NCBI GenBank assembly: GCA_963748825.1
Contig: CAVVKN010000017.1
Coordinates: 1 to 59,680, forward strand
Direction: 5' to 3'
DNA: 59,680 nt
DNA from: Methanotrichaceae archaeon
GTDB lineage: Archaea; Halobacteriota; Methanosarcinia; Methanotrichales; Methanotrichaceae
Below are positions 27,777 to 37,890 of this stretch, one piece after another (position 1 is the first letter of the stretch; each line of letters begins with the position of its first letter). The notes beneath the pieces are model-generated. The model was not told the origin of the DNA. It made no database searches and worked only from the letters and a program-made list of their open reading frames with translations. The position numbers were made by a program, and so were the translations under genes.

Positions 27777-29369
27777 TCACGCCGGCAGTATCTTGAAGAT
27801 CTTGCCTGTGCTGTTGATCGGTCCCAGCTCATCCGAGGTCAGGACGTAGATCTCTCCCTTGTCATCCATTCCCAATGAGTGGATGAAGCTATCAATCCTG
27901 CCGCTGGGATGGCCGGCGATCTCCATCTCCTCCCAGCTCCAGAGTCCCTCCTGGGAAGGCGTGGCCGCCAGCAGAGTGCCGTTGCCCCTGGCGAAATCAT
28001 TGGACCAGTCTGCGAATATGTATCTTCCTTGCATCTGCGGCAGGGCCTGGCCGTGGTAGACATAGCCGCCCACAATCGCCGTGCCTGTATCATGTCCGTA
28101 CTCGATTATGGGCTCAATCAGCGTCTCGCCTCCAGCACCCTTGTCCGGGCAGCTGGCCGGAGACTCGTTGGGATTTTTCACATCAAAGCAGTGTGTTCCC
28201 TCCCGGATATGCCAGCCGTAGTTTCCACCTTTGGTCACAATGTCCACCTCCTCCCAAAGATTCTGACCGACATCGGAGACGAAGAGGCTGCCATTACCAT
28301 CAGTATCAAAAGAGATCCTCCAGGGATTGCGAAGTCCTAAGGCATAGATCTCTGGGAGTATGCCTTCCCGGCCCACAAATGGGTTGTCCGCCGGAATGCC
28401 GTAAGCCATGCCTTCCTCCCTGCGGTCCACATCGATGCGCAGGATCTTGCCCAGGAAGGTTGTGGTGTTCTGGCCGTTTCCATCAGGGGCGTGGCCCAGG
28501 CCGGCGTCGTCAGCGTTGCCACCATCGCCCAGCGGAATGTAGAGGTAGCCATCCGGGCCGAAGGTAATGGCGCCGCCATTGTGATTGAACTGGGGCTTGT
28601 CCACCTGGAGGAGCACCTTCTCAGTGGTCATGTCCACTTTGCCCGGATCGCTCTGGGAGACGGAAAACTCTGATAGGTGATTGATGCAGTTCCACCCTTC
28701 CGGAGCGGTCAGCTGTAGGGGCGCGCTGTAAAAGACGAAGATCCGCCCGTTCTCGGCAAAGCCCGGATGGAAAGCCAGGCCCAGGAGACCGCGTTCATCA
28801 TATCTGGTCATTAACTCAACCATCCGGTCCCTGACATCCAGAAACGGCTCGCTCTGCACAGTGCCATCGGCCTTTACGATCTTGACAAGGCCGGTCTGTT
28901 CGACGAGAAACATCCGTCCCGTCCCATCTCTGGCGCTGAGGAACGCCATGGGCGCCGTGAAACCCTCGGCCACGGGCTCAAGCTTCACCCTGGGCCTCAC
29001 GGACACGGGATCAGAGGAAGCCGCGGCCGGCATCACCACAATCTCGCCCTTCATGGAAGGGTGAGGAGTGCAGTGGTATTTGTAAGTGCCAGCTTCTGAG
29101 AAGGTGCGTTCGAACTTCCCGCCGTTGCCGGCAATGTCAGGAGATTTAAACGAACCATCATCTGCGGTTACGGTATGAACAACTGGATCTCGATTAATCC
29201 AGGTTACCGTGGCTCCCACCGGCAGGGTGATCGAGGCCGGCTGAAAGGAGAAGCTCTTTATCTCAACGGTCGGCTGCGATTGGTCGGCACCGCATGCCAG
29301 ACCCATCGACGATATCAACAATAGTATTGTAGCGAGAATCAGACAATATTCCTTTTTCATGGCTTTCAC
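27777..29369 (-). CDS. Secreted cupredoxin (amicyanin/plastocyanin-like) fused to PQQ-dependent glucose/sorbosone dehydrogenase beta-propeller
   Basis: HTVT..YHCTPHPSM type-1 Cu ligands; ERGLLGLAFHP, NHNGG..FGPDGYLYI, GKILRIDVD, GLRNPWR. Confidence 0.9.
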   Translation of the reverse strand: MKAMKKEYCLILATILLLISSMGLACGADQSQPTVEIKSFSFQPASITLPVGATVTWINRDPVVHTVTADDGSFKSPDIAGNGGKFERTFSEAGTYKYHCTPHPSMKGEIVVMPAAASSDPVSVRPRVKLEPVAEGFTAPMAFLSARDGTGRMFLVEQTGLVKIVKADGTVQSEPFLDVRDRMVELMTRYDERGLLGLAFHPGFAENGRIFVFYSAPLQLTAPEGWNCINHLSEFSVSQSDPGKVDMTTEKVLLQVDKPQFNHNGGAITFGPDGYLYIPLGDGGNADDAGLGHAPDGNGQNTTTFLGKILRIDVDRREEGMAYGIPADNPFVGREGILPEIYALGLRNPWRISFDTDGNGSLFVSDVGQNLWEEVDIVTKGGNYGWHIREGTHCFDVKNPNESPASCPDKGAGGETLIEPIIEYGHDTGTAIVGGYVYHGQALPQMQGRYIFADWSNDFARGNGTLLAATPSQEGLWSWEEMEIAGHPSGRIDSFIHSLGMDDKGEIYVLTSDELGPINSTGKIFKILPA

Positions 29370-29593
29370 ACTCTTTTTCGATTAGCCGTTCAATGTTCAA
29401 AGTCAACGAATGTTCACGAGCTATTGCGGATATTGATAGTTAATGGAATAAATATTCTCTTTAAAATAGAGAGAGTGCGCCCGGCCGGGGTGTGCAATCC
29501 ACTGGAATTGGGTCATGGGATATACTTTGGTCTTCAAGCTTTGGATAATTTTTCACTTCATGGGCAGCGGCGTCCAAGAGTTTGATGCTTCAT

Positions 29594-29974
29594 CTAAGCG
29601 ACAACTTCTGCTTCATCTTGATCCGGCCTGATAACCTCGGATATGCTGACTTCCTGTGATCCGACCTCTGAGCGGCAGTGCTTCATAGCAAAGAACTCAG
29701 AGATGACGTCATCCAATTCCATGAGCTTCTTTACCAGAGGGCTTTTCTTATTCAGCCTGTACATCTTGGCCTGGCCTACTGTTCTTGTGGCTGTGATGAG
29801 ATCCAAAGCTTCCAGCCTTGGCCACACCTTGAATAGAGTGGTTCTGCTCATCTCCGTACCCTCGGCTATGTCAGTCTTTGAATAATCAAAGGCCTCGTTA
29901 TCCATTAAAAAGTCCAACACCTTCAGCATCGGGCTCTTTATTCCAAGCTCTCTCATGAATAAGGATTCGTCCAT
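29594..29974 (-). CDS. Winged-helix transcriptional regulator
   Basis: KVLDFL..DYSKTDIAEGTEMSRTTL..TRTVGQAKMYRLN. Confidence 0.8.
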   Translation of the reverse strand: MDESLFMRELGIKSPMLKVLDFLMDNEAFDYSKTDIAEGTEMSRTTLFKVWPRLEALDLITATRTVGQAKMYRLNKKSPLVKKLMELDDVISEFFAMKHCRSEVGSQEVSISEVIRPDQDEAEVVA

Positions 29975-30183
29975 AATTTACCAACCTCGGTTTTCTCTGC
30001 AAGGTGTCCGGTTCTCATCGAATTCGCAGCAAGAACGCATTTGTATGTATATCCTAGTGTACGACAAGGTTTAAGTACTTTACCGTCTTAGTTTTAAAAT
30101 ACATATGTGAATAAAATAGTAGTATATACTGGATAGGACTCATATGGGTACTAATGTAGTAAAAATATAATGATGGTGAATAT

Positions 30184-30450
30184 ATGAAAAAAGAAAAAAT
30201 CGCAATAATAAAGGCAGTACTTCTAAAGAAGCTTCGTAGACGTGATAATTGGGGCAATAGCCATACCGCTTTTGATGATCTTCCAAGGGGGTTCCCGAAA
30301 GATCTTCGCGGCAGCGTGAAAGATATAGCCGATGATTTGGTCAAAGAGGGGCTGCTGCTGGACAAGCCGACCGGTTACGGCAGGCATGTATCTTTAAACC
30401 CGAAAAGAAAAGCTGAGATAGACCGAGTAATCAAAGAAGCATTGGACTAA
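30184..30450 (+). CDS. Small basic hypothetical protein, divergent from wHTH gene
   Basis: GGTGA RBS; WGNSHT..LPRGFP..LVKEGLL..KPTGYG.HVSLNP. Confidence 0.7.
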   Translation: MKKEKIAIIKAVLLKKLRRRDNWGNSHTAFDDLPRGFPKDLRGSVKDIADDLVKEGLLLDKPTGYGRHVSLNPKRKAEIDRVIKEALD

Positions 30451-30569
30451 AACGGGGTTTAGGCAGAAATCCGCGAAAAAGAAGATGCTTGCAGGGATCT
30501 AACTCCATAGCAGGAATTTAGACTTGGGCGGCCATCCCTAAGCGCAGGCTCCATTCTTTCGGATCTTAT

Positions 30570-30920
30570 GGGCATGTGCACGCTACCCGCCAGAAGTGAG
30601 CCTGCGGGCATGATGTGGATGTAGTAGGGCAACCGCAAAGAGTGCCTGCCGCCGGGAGCGAGCACGGCGGAGAAGTGGCTTTTGTAGGGTGGCTTGTTTT
30701 TGGCGAAGCGCAAGTCGTTATGGATGCGAAAGATGGCATCTTTGGCGGCAAGATCGCCCAAGGACTCGACGGCATCGAAGCGGAAGATGAGGCCCTAGAT
30801 GAAGTCCTCAAAGAGCAATTTGGCCCGGTCGTATTCTGTGCGGTGCGCTTCAAACCATTCGTGGTTATTGTTCTGGCGAAGGTCGTGAAGAAAAGCGAAG
30901 ATCGGCTGGAATTGGGTTAT
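30570..30920 (-). pseudogene. DUF2461 (TIGR02453) family pseudogene, truncated
   Basis: FLHDLRQNNNHEWFEAHR..*..IFRIHNDLRFAKNKPPYK..YYIHI; in-frame TAG ~30796, no ATG, C-terminal half missing. Confidence 0.75.
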
Positions 30921-31050
30921 GGGATAGACTTGGACTTCAAGGTTTAGATTATTTTCACTCCTTTCGGAAGAGCTGGCTAAAAGAGAACGATCCTCAGACC
31001 ACGAATTCGCCTTTAGCCTCCGGAAACCATGATTTTGCGGCCATTCTCCA

Positions 31051-33690
31051 TCAGGCCTTTTCTTGTAACGACTTTAGGTTGCACCTCACTAAAACTGCGT
31101 TAGGATGATCTTTTCCTAGGCGCTTTTCAAAGATCTTCAGAGCTCTCTCAAAGCAGCTTTTTGCGCCCACCAGGTCTCCTAAATCCTGCAGCAAACCACC
31201 GAGGTTGTTGACAGCTGTGGCCACGCTTGTATGCTCCAATCCTAAGGCCATCTCGTCGATAGCTATCGCCCTCTCGTAGCATCTTTTTGCGCCCTCGAGG
31301 TCTCCCAAATCCTGCAGCACACCACCGAGGTTGTTGACAGTTGTGGCCACGCTTGTATGCTCCGGCCCAAGGGCCTTCTCGTCGATAGCTATCGCCCTCT
31401 CGTAGCATCTTTTTGCGCCCTCGAGGTCTCCTAGATCCTGTAGCACCGAGCCGAGGTTGTTGACTCTTATGGCCACGCGAGTGTGCACTGGTCCAAAGGC
31501 CTTCTCGTCGATGGCCAGCGCTCTCTCGTAGCATCTTTTTGCACCCTCGAGGTCTCCTAGATCCTGTAGCACCGAGCCGAGGTTGTTGACATCTCTGGCC
31601 ACGTTGGTGTGCTTTGGCCCGAGGGCAGCCTCGTCGATAGCTATCGCCCTCTCGTAGCATCTTCTAGCGCCCTTGAGGTCTCCCTGATCCTTCAGCACCG
31701 AGCCGAGGTTGTTGACATCTGTTGCCACGTTGGTGTGCTCTGGCCCGAGGGATTTCTCGTCGATAGCCATCGCCCTCTCGAAGCATCTTTTAGCGCCCTT
31801 GAGGTCCCCTAGATCCTTCAAGACCCCTCCCAGGTTGTTGACAACTATGGACACGCTGGTGTGCTCCGGCCCTAGTGCCTTCTCGTCGATGGCGAGCGCC
31901 CTCTCGTAGCATCTTTTAGCGCCCTTGAGGTCTCCCAGGTCCTTCAGCACTCCTCCGAGGTTGTTGACTCTTATGGCCACGCGAGTGTGCTCTGGTCCAA
32001 AGGCCTTCTCGTCGATGGCCAGCGCCTTCTCAAGTACAGACCTGGCTGATGCAAGCACCATTCGATTATGCAGATATTCGCCAAGATTATTCAGGAGATT
32101 TGCTGTTTCTTGAGTTGAGACTCCTAGCCTTTGAGCATGCCCGGATGCATGAAATGCGTGAGAGGACAGCTTTGAGCATTTCTCCCAGGTTTCTTGATCA
32201 AATTGACCGAAAGAGAATGCTTCATTCACCAGCTTCAATGCAGACTCGGCCCAAGTCCTTTGTTTCTCAAGGCTCAATCTATCCTGAACAACAGCCTGCA
32301 CCAGCCTGTGGACGGAGATCAGGCTCTCTGCCACATTGATCAGCGAGTATCTCTTCAAGAGTCCAATGCATTCATCGAGTTCACTGGTATTCTTCATACA
32401 GGAGGCAAGAGGCTTTGGCAGGTGTTTTGCCCCCTCTTCCAACATCCGTCTAGGAATTGCGTCCGGTGCCAGAAATGCACAGAGATTGAGAAGATCTCCA
32501 GCGACTGGTCGTTCTTGTTGCACCGCTTGAAAAGAAATCTCCCAGGTAGTTGCTATCGTGTCAGGATAATTTAGGGGCTTGCTGTGTCCTAGCAACGTCT
32601 TTCTGTCTTTCTTAAACCGGTCTAGATAGTCTTGGAATGAGATCCCGGTCTCCTTGATGTAGGCACCAGCCTGCTCCAAAGCCAGGGGCAGGTCTCCCAG
32701 CTCTCGGGCGAGAATCGTCGCCCCTTTTCTATCATTTTGTCCGGTTCTCTTGAGAAGGAACTCGACTGATTCATCCTGTTTTTCATCCCTCTGAAAGACA
32801 CCCACCTCCAGAGTTTTGGCCATGCCGTCCCAGACCGATAATCTGGAGGTAATTATTACCTGGCCCGTGCCCGCTACGGGGAGATATCTCATCAAATCAT
32901 CTGGCTTTTTAGCATTGTCAAATACAAGCAGCCAGTTTGAGCTGCATTCGCTTTCCAGCCAGCGCTTCACAGATTTTATTGTCTGGTCGATATCCCTCAG
33001 GTCCCATCCAGGCAGCTTGAGGTCCTCAGCTATTCCAATATAATCATCAAGAAGCGTTGTGGGCTCTTCTGAGCGCAGCCACCAGACGTATTTGAAATCG
33101 TTCTCGGGTCTATGAGCATGCTGCAATGCGATCTGAGTTTTTCCCATTCCGCCGTTGCCAACCAGAGCGAAGATTTTAGGGCTGGAGTCGGCTTGAATCA
33201 GTGGTTGTGCTAAGGCAGACAGAAATTTTTGGCGACCAGTGAAGTTAGGATTAAGTGGATAGGGCAATTTGATTATGTTCCTTGAAAGCTCTTTCTCAGG
33301 ACCTGAGCTAGTCGAGACTTCTTCAGGATCGCTCTTGTGAAGTCCGATTTTCTTGAGCAGGCCAATGATTCTTTTTCGTGCGCCATCTCGGGCATTGGGA
33401 AAGAGCCAAAGATATAAACCAACCAGAGCTGCAACGATTACGAATGTACCTGCAATAATTGATATAATCTTTTCAAGCCAGTCAAGTTGACCAAATTTTT
33501 CAGCTAGAGCGGTCTTTGTGGTTTCAGAAATATTGTCTGATGGAGGCTGATATAACTCGGTGGCATTGCTGACAGAATCTTGACTGGAATTGACGCTGCT
33601 GTTATTATTACATGAAACAGGGAATAGTGAGAATATTAGTATCAGTATTATCAGAGCTAACTCGTTCCATTTGATCATTTTGCAGCCCAT
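31051..33690 (-). CDS. Membrane-anchored STAND NB-ARC NTPase with C-terminal 42-aa TPR repeats
   Basis: Two N-terminal hydrophobic segments; NPNFTGR, Walker A GNGGMGKT, Walker B WLLVFDN, ITSR, LPLAL, VHRLVQ; TPR array. Confidence 0.9.
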   Translation of the reverse strand: MGCKMIKWNELALIILILIFSLFPVSCNNNSSVNSSQDSVSNATELYQPPSDNISETTKTALAEKFGQLDWLEKIISIIAGTFVIVAALVGLYLWLFPNARDGARKRIIGLLKKIGLHKSDPEEVSTSSGPEKELSRNIIKLPYPLNPNFTGRQKFLSALAQPLIQADSSPKIFALVGNGGMGKTQIALQHAHRPENDFKYVWWLRSEEPTTLLDDYIGIAEDLKLPGWDLRDIDQTIKSVKRWLESECSSNWLLVFDNAKKPDDLMRYLPVAGTGQVIITSRLSVWDGMAKTLEVGVFQRDEKQDESVEFLLKRTGQNDRKGATILARELGDLPLALEQAGAYIKETGISFQDYLDRFKKDRKTLLGHSKPLNYPDTIATTWEISFQAVQQERPVAGDLLNLCAFLAPDAIPRRMLEEGAKHLPKPLASCMKNTSELDECIGLLKRYSLINVAESLISVHRLVQAVVQDRLSLEKQRTWAESALKLVNEAFSFGQFDQETWEKCSKLSSHAFHASGHAQRLGVSTQETANLLNNLGEYLHNRMVLASARSVLEKALAIDEKAFGPEHTRVAIRVNNLGGVLKDLGDLKGAKRCYERALAIDEKALGPEHTSVSIVVNNLGGVLKDLGDLKGAKRCFERAMAIDEKSLGPEHTNVATDVNNLGSVLKDQGDLKGARRCYERAIAIDEAALGPKHTNVARDVNNLGSVLQDLGDLEGAKRCYERALAIDEKAFGPVHTRVAIRVNNLGSVLQDLGDLEGAKRCYERAIAIDEKALGPEHTSVATTVNNLGGVLQDLGDLEGAKRCYERAIAIDEMALGLEHTSVATAVNNLGGLLQDLGDLVGAKSCFERALKIFEKRLGKDHPNAVLVRCNLKSLQEKA
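31140..32030 (-). repeat. Seven near-identical 126-bp tandem repeats (TPR units)
   Basis: (G/C)AGGTTGTTGAC recurs at 31201, 31327, 31453, 31579, 31705, 31831, 31957. Confidence 0.95.
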
Positions 33691-33758
33691 CAGTTCGATT
33701 AACTCTATATCAATGCAGAAAAGGTTTTGTGTCCTTGACTCATCAAAAAGGATGCAAA

Positions 33759-35408
33759 TCAAAAGTCAAACAGCGACTTCTGCCTCTTCGCAGCTGGCTT
33801 GGCCTCAGCCTTCCCCTCGCTCTCCGCCTTCTTCGGCCTGCCCCTCTTGCGGCTCTCGGGCTTGGCAGCGGTCCCTTCCGGCCCTCCGGTTGCCGCCGCA
33901 GGCTCCGCCGGCTTGGGCCCGACCGTCGGTGCAACAGGCTCCGCCCTTGGCGGCTCTGCCACCACGACACTTGCCTTTTCGGCGCTGGCTGGCACAACCT
34001 TCGTCACTTCCGCACCCACCTGCACAGCTCCCGAACCCGCCTGCTCCGACGCTGCACGCGCCAGCGGTGTGCCCCCCAGAGGCTGCTGCGCCGTGCCTGT
34101 GCCGTGCCAGCCCAGCTCAATCTCCTCGAACTCCTCCGCTGCCCGGATCTTCGTCGCCTCCTCGAAGATGTTCTGCACCTTTTTGGTAGTGGTTGTGCTG
34201 CCCAGGAGAAGCGCGATCTCATCTGCATCCAGCTCCAGCTCCGCCGCCAGGGGAACGGCCTTCTTTTTGTCGGCCAAAAGGAGCCCCACAAAGCCCATCA
34301 GTTCCGCCCGAACGAATGCCGCAGAAACGTGGCAATGCCTACCGATCTTCTTGGCAGCAGAGTCGCGAATGTTACGCGCCTTTTTGGTCTGGCCCATGCG
34401 CCGCCACCGGCTGGGGGGCCGGAAAGCCACATAGCCGTGCCGACGCTCTGTCTTGGCAGACTGCACTCCGCCTGTCATGAGATAACTGGCATAGCGCCAC
34501 AAGCCGTAGTTCTGCCTTATGCGCACGCGCCCCAAAAAGACATCCGCCCGCGCCAGCCGCTCATAACCCTGCCAGAGATCCACGCCCCCGTACGCTAGCG
34601 GCAGGTTCTCGTCCACCCAGTTGATGAGGTCCTCCGGGCTCTCATCTAAAGCGTAAGAGGCCTGCAGGGCTTCCTGGGCGCTATTGCCTTTGAAGATGAC
34701 CTCCAAAACCTTGAAGATGGACGATTTTACGTCCCGTTCGGCAGTCGCTACGTCCTCCAGCTTCAGGGTCGCCTGCCCCTGGGCGGCAGCCTGCAGATCG
34801 TTCACGCCGGAGCGCATGTCCCCGCCTGCGCGCTCGGCAATCATCATCAAGGCATCAGGATCACAGTCCACGCTCTCCGTCCGGCAGATCTCCCGCAGAG
34901 CCTGGGCGATGGTGGTGGAGCGCACCGACCGGAACTGTATGCCCTTGGCCGCATCCCGCAAGGGCTTTTCAATCTCGTAATACTCGTTGGCAATCAGAAG
35001 AACGGGCTGACTGGTCTCTCTAACCAGACGCAGCATGGCCGCCGCCCCGCCCCGGTCGGCAGTGCCGTGCAAATTGTCCGCCTCATCCAAAATGACCAGC
35101 CGCGGCTTGCCGGAGAAGGTCATGGAGCGCGAGGCCGGGCCGGCTATCTTCTGAATCATGCTCGCCGTGCGCGCATCGCTGGCATTCATCTCGATGTAGT
35201 CCCAGTCGAACTCACGCGCCAGCGCCAGAGCAGCCGAGGTCTTGCCTGTCCCCGCCGGGCCGTAGAGAATTACCGCTCCCGTGATGGGCGCGCCCTTATC
35301 CCAGGACGCCGCCCAGGCCCGCAGCTCCTCGATGGCCTTGCCGTTTCCTAAAACCTGTTTGAGAGTATCAGGCCGGTATTTCTCAGTCCACTTTACAGCA
35401 GGGGGCAT
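33759..35408 (-). CDS. rfcL: Replication factor C large subunit
   Basis: WTEKYRP, GPAGTGKT, EMNASDAR, LDEAD, GDMRS; C-terminal PIP box QKSLFDF. Confidence 0.95.
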   Translation of the reverse strand: MPPAVKWTEKYRPDTLKQVLGNGKAIEELRAWAASWDKGAPITGAVILYGPAGTGKTSAALALAREFDWDYIEMNASDARTASMIQKIAGPASRSMTFSGKPRLVILDEADNLHGTADRGGAAAMLRLVRETSQPVLLIANEYYEIEKPLRDAAKGIQFRSVRSTTIAQALREICRTESVDCDPDALMMIAERAGGDMRSGVNDLQAAAQGQATLKLEDVATAERDVKSSIFKVLEVIFKGNSAQEALQASYALDESPEDLINWVDENLPLAYGGVDLWQGYERLARADVFLGRVRIRQNYGLWRYASYLMTGGVQSAKTERRHGYVAFRPPSRWRRMGQTKKARNIRDSAAKKIGRHCHVSAAFVRAELMGFVGLLLADKKKAVPLAAELELDADEIALLLGSTTTTKKVQNIFEEATKIRAAEEFEEIELGWHGTGTAQQPLGGTPLARAASEQAGSGAVQVGAEVTKVVPASAEKASVVVAEPPRAEPVAPTVGPKPAEPAAATGGPEGTAAKPESRKRGRPKKAESEGKAEAKPAAKRQKSLFDF

Positions 35409-35431
35409 TCTACCTCAAACCGACAGACGCC

Positions 35432-35860
35432 TTACCAGACGCCCTCTTTGCCGGTCATTTCCTCAATCTCGATCTCCCAGATGGTCATGGGCATCCTCTC
35501 CAGCTCCTCGCGGGAGAACTTCTTGCCGGCGTGCCCGCCCTGGCCTTTTTTGGTGAAGGCATCAAACATCTTCTGCTTGGCCTCTACGCTCTCGGACATC
35601 CGGCTGATGCCGAAGACGACTACGCTCGTCCAGCGCTCCTTTTCTAAAACATCTATCTGAAAGCACACACTGGGATTCTTCGTGGCATACTCGACCTTCT
35701 TTCCCATCCCGCGGGAGTGAAGGTAGATCTTGCCGTCTTCGTAGACATAGGACATGGGAACGACATAGGGCCGGTTGTCTTTGGACAGCCCCAGCCGGCC
35801 GTATCTGGCAGCAGAAAGAAGACTCGTGCACTCATCCGGAGATAGATCCCTGGGCAACAT
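35432..35860 (-). CDS. Pyridoxamine 5'-phosphate oxidase-like (NimA-type) flavin-binding protein
   Basis: YGRLGL..PYVVPMSY..IYLHS..GKK..NPSVCFQ..WTSVV. Confidence 0.85.
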   Translation of the reverse strand: MLPRDLSPDECTSLLSAARYGRLGLSKDNRPYVVPMSYVYEDGKIYLHSRGMGKKVEYATKNPSVCFQIDVLEKERWTSVVVFGISRMSESVEAKQKMFDAFTKKGQGGHAGKKFSREELERMPMTIWEIEIEEMTGKEGVW

Positions 35861-35982
35861 GGCTTAAAATTAGGATCTCATGCATTTTTAGCTTTTGCTT
35901 TACTTAGTTTTGTCCAAGGCTAAATGGCACAGGCTGACGGAAAAGCTAGCTGCAGGGAATTTGCCGAAAAGAGCAGTCAGAG

Positions 35983-36225
35983 TCAGTATCTTCCCGATAA
36001 AAAAGCTCCCGCAATTAGCAGAATCATCCCCAGAGCGATCATGGGCACTCCCGGAAAGGCCGTCTCTACCTGAAACTTGGTGGCTCCCGCCTCCGCCCCT
36101 ATGAGCTTGAAGCTATCGCTCTGCATCTCCCCGCCTTGGCTCTCCATTACCTGAACCCCGACCAGAGCGATGCCGGTAAGAATCACAAGCACTCCCATTG
36201 CCACGGTTACATTTACCTGAACCAT
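35983..36225 (-). CDS. Small two-TM membrane protein
   Basis: Two hydrophobic helices; AGGGG RBS. Confidence 0.65.
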   Translation of the reverse strand: MVQVNVTVAMGVLVILTGIALVGVQVMESQGGEMQSDSFKLIGAEAGATKFQVETAFPGVPMIALGMILLIAGAFLSGRY

Positions 36226-36403
36226 TTTCTTAAATCCCCTTCGCAGTAAAATATCTATCGCTATCGATATAATGTTTTGCCTACTACTACCACTTTGAGA
36301 TCAAATTCATTTAGGCTCTATTTTTTGGGCATCATCGCCATCGTCTTTAAAGAAGCTGCCCCTTCCAAAAAGGTTTTACCTTGGCAGCGTCTTTCAGCGA
36401 GGA

Positions 36404-37888
36404 ATGTTCAACAAGATCCTGATCGCCAACCGGGGAGAGATCGCCATCCGGGTGATGCGCGCCTGCCGGGAGCTGGGCATCTCGACTGTGGCCGTCTACT
36501 CCGAAGCGGATAAACATGCCCTTTTCGCCAAATACGCAGACGAGGCCGTCTTCATCGGGCCGGCTCCCTCCCGCCAGAGCTACCTGAGGATAGACAATAT
36601 CATCAAAGCCGCTCTTGAGACCGGAGCCCAGGCCATCCATCCGGGATACGGTTTTCTCTCCGAGAATACGCAATTTGCCTCGACCTGCAAGGAAAACGGC
36701 ATCGTCTTCATTGGCCCTCCGTCCTCGGCCATCGACGCCATGGGCTCCAAGATCACTGCCCGCCAGACCATGAAAGATGCCGGCGTTCCCATAGTGCCCG
36801 GCATCGAAGAGGGCATCAGCGATCCGCACGAGGCAGCCGAGATCGCAGACGCTATCGGCTACCCCATTATCCTCAAGCCGGCAGCAGGGGGAGGCGGAAT
36901 TGGCATGAAGATCGTGCAGAGCCGCGAGGAGCTCTTGCCCGCCCTCACCTCGTCTCAGTCCGTGGCCAGAAGCGCCTTTGGCGACGACACCATCTACATC
37001 GAGAAATACCTGACCGAGCCCCGGCACATCGAGTTTCAGATCCTGGCCGACAATTATGGAAAGACCATCTATGTCTCAGACCGGGAGTGCTCCATCCAGC
37101 GCCGCCACCAGAAGCTGATCGAGGAATCCCCCTCGCCCGTCATGACCGAGGAGCTGCGCCAGAGAATGGGCAACATCGCCGTAAAAGCTGCGAAAGCAAT
37201 AGGCTATTCCAGCGCCGGCACAGTGGAGTTCATGTACTCCCGCGGCGACTTCTACTTCCTGGAGATGAACACCCGCCTGCAGGTAGAGCACCCGATCACA
37301 GAGATGGTAACGGGCGTAGACCTGGCCAAAGAGCAGATCATGGTGGCAGCAGGCTACCCTCTGGGCTATGACCAGAGCGACATGAAAATTAACGGTTGGG
37401 CCATCGAGTGCCGCATCAATGCTGAGGATCCCCTCAACGATTTTGCCCCCTGTCCGGGAAAGATTAAACGTTACCGAAGCCCGGGCGGTCCGGGCATAAG
37501 AGTGGACAGCGGAGTCTACACCGGCTACGTCATCCCGCCCTACTACGACTCTTTGATCTCCAAGCTGGTAGCCCACGGCAAAGACCGTAAAGAGGCCATT
37601 GCCAGAATGGAGCGCGCCCTTTATGAGTACATCATTGTGGGAGTCAAAACCAATCTGATATTCCACAAAGCTGTCCTCCGAAATAAGAGGTTTCGCAGCG
37701 GAGACATAAACACTCACTTCATCAAAGACGAGAACATCGTCGAGGCTGTAAAGATCGTGGCCGTAGAGGATTATGAGAAAGGCATGTCGCTGGCTTCTGC
37801 CTTAGGAGCGGACAATCGCCAGATCGCCGCCATCTCCGCGGCCGTCGGGACCTACCTCAGCCAGAACAGGGCTGAGGAGAAGAGCTGA
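36404..37888 (+). CDS. pycA: Biotin carboxylase (pyruvate carboxylase subunit A type)
   Basis: [59 protein letters not shown]; adjacent birA. Confidence 0.85.
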   Translation: MFNKILIANRGEIAIRVMRACRELGISTVAVYSEADKHALFAKYADEAVFIGPAPSRQSYLRIDNIIKAALETGAQAIHPGYGFLSENTQFASTCKENGIVFIGPPSSAIDAMGSKITARQTMKDAGVPIVPGIEEGISDPHEAAEIADAIGYPIILKPAAGGGGIGMKIVQSREELLPALTSSQSVARSAFGDDTIYIEKYLTEPRHIEFQILADNYGKTIYVSDRECSIQRRHQKLIEESPSPVMTEELRQRMGNIAVKAAKAIGYSSAGTVEFMYSRGDFYFLEMNTRLQVEHPITEMVTGVDLAKEQIMVAAGYPLGYDQSDMKINGWAIECRINAEDPLNDFAPCPGKIKRYRSPGGPGIRVDSGVYTGYVIPPYYDSLISKLVAHGKDRKEAIARMERALYEYIIVGVKTNLIFHKAVLRNKRFRSGDINTHFIKDENIVEAVKIVAVEDYEKGMSLASALGADNRQIAAISAAVGTYLSQNRAEEKS

Positions 37889-37890
37889 AG

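Noticed and set aside
30794-30798. Pyrrolysine read-through of the DUF2461 TAG
   Set aside because: The gene also lacks a start codon and its C-terminal half, so it is a pseudogene.
31140-32030. CRISPR array or DGR template/variable repeat
   Set aside because: Repeats are in-frame 126-bp coding units without unique spacers; no cas or reverse transcriptase gene in the window.
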